Sequence record: DRR723986_8428 | DNA: 33,083 bases | Reading direction: 5' to 3' (one strand) | Shown: positions 31,133 to 33,083 of the stretch, one piece after another | Numbering within the stretch: the stretch's first letter is position 1 | Layout: every line of letters begins with the position of its first letter | Translations under genes and position numbers: made by a program | The notes under the pieces: model-generated | Databases searched by the model: none | Told to the model about the DNA's origin: nothing | What the model saw: only the letters and a program-made list of their open reading frames with translations

Positions 31133-31412
31133 ACTCAGATTCGCCTATTACAACGCGGTTCCCAGGATTTGTGCGCTGATTGCAGGCCTTGGCTCACCGG
31201 ACTGGGGACTTTCAGCAACATAACATTGTGTGAATTTTGGCACGTGCATTGCTGCGGCGGCATCACACTACAATCATTCCCCGCCAATTACGTATCCCCC
31301 CGTTTCCAATTCTGGCGACAGTAAAGCAGCGCGCAGGTTTCAGGGAAGCTCAAAAAGAGCTGATTGTTCGGCACTGCCCCAATGTTGCATGTCTCTGACG
31401 GCACATTTCAGC

Positions 31413-32942
31413 ATGAAAAAGTTCTTCAATCTCTTCGATTTCTCGCAGAAAATCGACTATAAAATCGAAGTCTTGTCCGGCGTCACAGTTGCTCTGGCAT
31501 TGATTCCGGAAGCAGTCGCTTTTGCCATGATCGCGGGCCTCTCACCGCTAACAGGTTTATACGCGGCATTTGTGATGGGCCTGATCACTTCCCTGTTTGG
31601 TGGGCGTCCCGGCATGATATCGGGTGCCACGGGCGCGGTAGCCGTTGTTCTGGCTTCACTGGCGCTCTCACACGGCGTGGAATACATTTTTGCGACGGTA
31701 ATTTTGGCCGGTCTCATTCAGGTGGCCGCCGGCCTCTTGCGACTTGGAAAATTGATGCGATTGGTGCCGCACCCCGTGATATTCGGATTTGTTAACGGCC
31801 TGGCGATTATCATTTTCATGTCACAGCTGGACCAGTTTAAAGCACCCGGCGGCGAATGGTTAAGCGGGCCACCGCTCTACATGTTAACGGGTCTGGTCCT
31901 CTTAACGATGTTAATTATCTGGGGCCTGCCGAAGCTCAGCAAGGCGATTCCGGCTTCACTTGTTGCAATTCTGACGGTATTCGGCGCCGTGGTTTTCTTT
32001 GGAATCGACACTAAAACCGTTGGAGACATGGCGTCTATCGATGGTGGTTTTCCGCCTTTTCACATTCCGATGATTCCGTTAACTCTTGACACGCTGATGC
32101 TGATTCTGCCCTACGCTGCGATTATGGCCGGAGTTGGATTAATTGAAAGTCTGTTAACGCTAAATATTATCGACGAGATCACCGAAACGCGTGGACGCGG
32201 CAACAAGGAAGCCGTGGCCCAGGGCGCTGCGAATATCATCTCGGGTTTCTTCTCGGGCATGGGCGGCTGCGCCATGATTGGCCAGAGTCTGATTAACATT
32301 TCGGCCGGCGCGCGAGCGCGTCTCTCGGGAATTGTAGCGGCGGTGATGTTGCTGGTCTTTATCATGTTCGGTGCCGGCCTGGTGGAACAGTTGCCGATGG
32401 CTGCACTTACGGGCCTGATGATCATGGTCTCAATTGGCACATTTGAGTGGGCCAGTTTAAGAACGTTTAAGCGCATGCCCAAGTCCGATATTTTTGTGAT
32501 GATCCTGGTTACGGTAGTCACGGCCGTGCTGCACAACCTGGCGCTGGCGGTGCTGATCGGTGTAATTATTGCCGCTCTTGTTTTTGCCTGGGACAACGCC
32601 AAACGCATTCGTGCGCGCAAACATACGGACGAGAACGGCATTAAACACTACGAAATTTACGGTCCGCTTTTCTTTGGTTCCGTAGCTGTTTTCAACGACA
32701 AGTTTGACATTCTTAACGATCCCGACGAAGTCATCATTGACTTTGCCGAGAGCCGTGTGGTTGACATGTCGGCCATTGAAGCGCTCAGCAAAATCACGGC
32801 GCGTTATCAAAAGGTCGGTAAGAAGGTTCACCTTAAACACCTCAGCCCCGACTGTCGCAAACTTCTCAGCAACGCTGAGGAGATCATTGATGTTAACGTT
32901 CTTGAGGATCCGACGTACAAGTTGGTGGTTGACAGCCTTTAG
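31413..32942 (+). CDS. SulP family inorganic anion transporter with STAS domain
   Basis: EVLSGVTVALALIPEAVAFA, GGRPGMISGATGA, GMGGCAMIGQS, GPLFFGS and D.SAIEAL in STAS. Start set at ATG 31413 (MKKFFNLFDF). Confidence 0.94.
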   Translation: MKKFFNLFDFSQKIDYKIEVLSGVTVALALIPEAVAFAMIAGLSPLTGLYAAFVMGLITSLFGGRPGMISGATGAVAVVLASLALSHGVEYIFATVILAGLIQVAAGLLRLGKLMRLVPHPVIFGFVNGLAIIIFMSQLDQFKAPGGEWLSGPPLYMLTGLVLLTMLIIWGLPKLSKAIPASLVAILTVFGAVVFFGIDTKTVGDMASIDGGFPPFHIPMIPLTLDTLMLILPYAAIMAGVGLIESLLTLNIIDEITETRGRGNKEAVAQGAANIISGFFSGMGGCAMIGQSLINISAGARARLSGIVAAVMLLVFIMFGAGLVEQLPMAALTGLMIMVSIGTFEWASLRTFKRMPKSDIFVMILVTVVTAVLHNLALAVLIGVIIAALVFAWDNAKRIRARKHTDENGIKHYEIYGPLFFGSVAVFNDKFDILNDPDEVIIDFAESRVVDMSAIEALSKITARYQKVGKKVHLKHLSPDCRKLLSNAEEIIDVNVLEDPTYKLVVDSL

Positions 32943-33003
32943 GTTTGGCAGCAATCTTGCTGATTGTGGTACGGTGAATTTGTGGATTGGCATCAATTGT
33001 TTG

Positions 33004-33039
33004 GGCAGCGGAGACTGATGACTTCAGAGCTTCGCTGCC
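33004..33039. terminator. Stable hairpin after SulP (terminator or 3' stabiliser)
   Basis: GGCAGCGGAG (33004-33013) pairs with CTTCGCTGCC (33030-33039), with an inner CTGA/TCAG stem. No immediate T-run follows. Confidence 0.45.
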
Positions 33040-33083
33040 TCCCTCCGGGTTTCAGCTTGCTTTTTGAGTTTCTTGTTTGTCAC

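Noticed and set aside
33015-33025. CTGATGAC motif suggesting a hammerhead ribozyme or fluoride riboswitch
   Set aside because: No downstream GAAA core for a hammerhead and no upstream GGnGAUGGnGUUC element for a fluoride riboswitch. It lies within an ordinary hairpin.

Overview
A 33 kb, mostly core-genome window from a Bacteroidota/Chlorobiota-related (FCB group) bacterium. The lineage is inferred from the LpxC-FabZ fusion, a T9SS C-terminal sorting domain, the stand-alone atpD-atpC pair and TAnnTTTG promoters. Left to right it holds two tandem paralogous 4-TM hypothetical proteins, uvrC, an SDR, and an envelope cluster (uppS-bamA-skp-skp-lpxD-lpxC/fabZ-lpxA) followed by a SRAP gene. Next come a T9SS-secreted DUF7619-type protein, an orphan RavA/MoxR-like AAA+ ATPase, atpD-atpC, guaB, an Xaa-Pro peptidase and two convergent GT4 glycosyltransferases. 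The window ends with a clear TPP riboswitch ahead of a TonB-dependent receptor, a thioesterase, a lipoprotein and a SulP transporter. I saw no tRNA, rRNA, CRISPR array, transposase or phage gene. The best novelty candidates are (i) a structured guaB leader ending in a hairpin plus T10 terminator that matches no riboswitch I recognise, (ii) the tandem 4-TM paralogs with acidic linkers, (iii) a multi-hairpin element after guaB, (iv) a short dispersed intergenic repeat and (v) the AAA+ ATPase without a VWA partner beside a secreted protein. All structure calls were made by eye and need computational confirmation.
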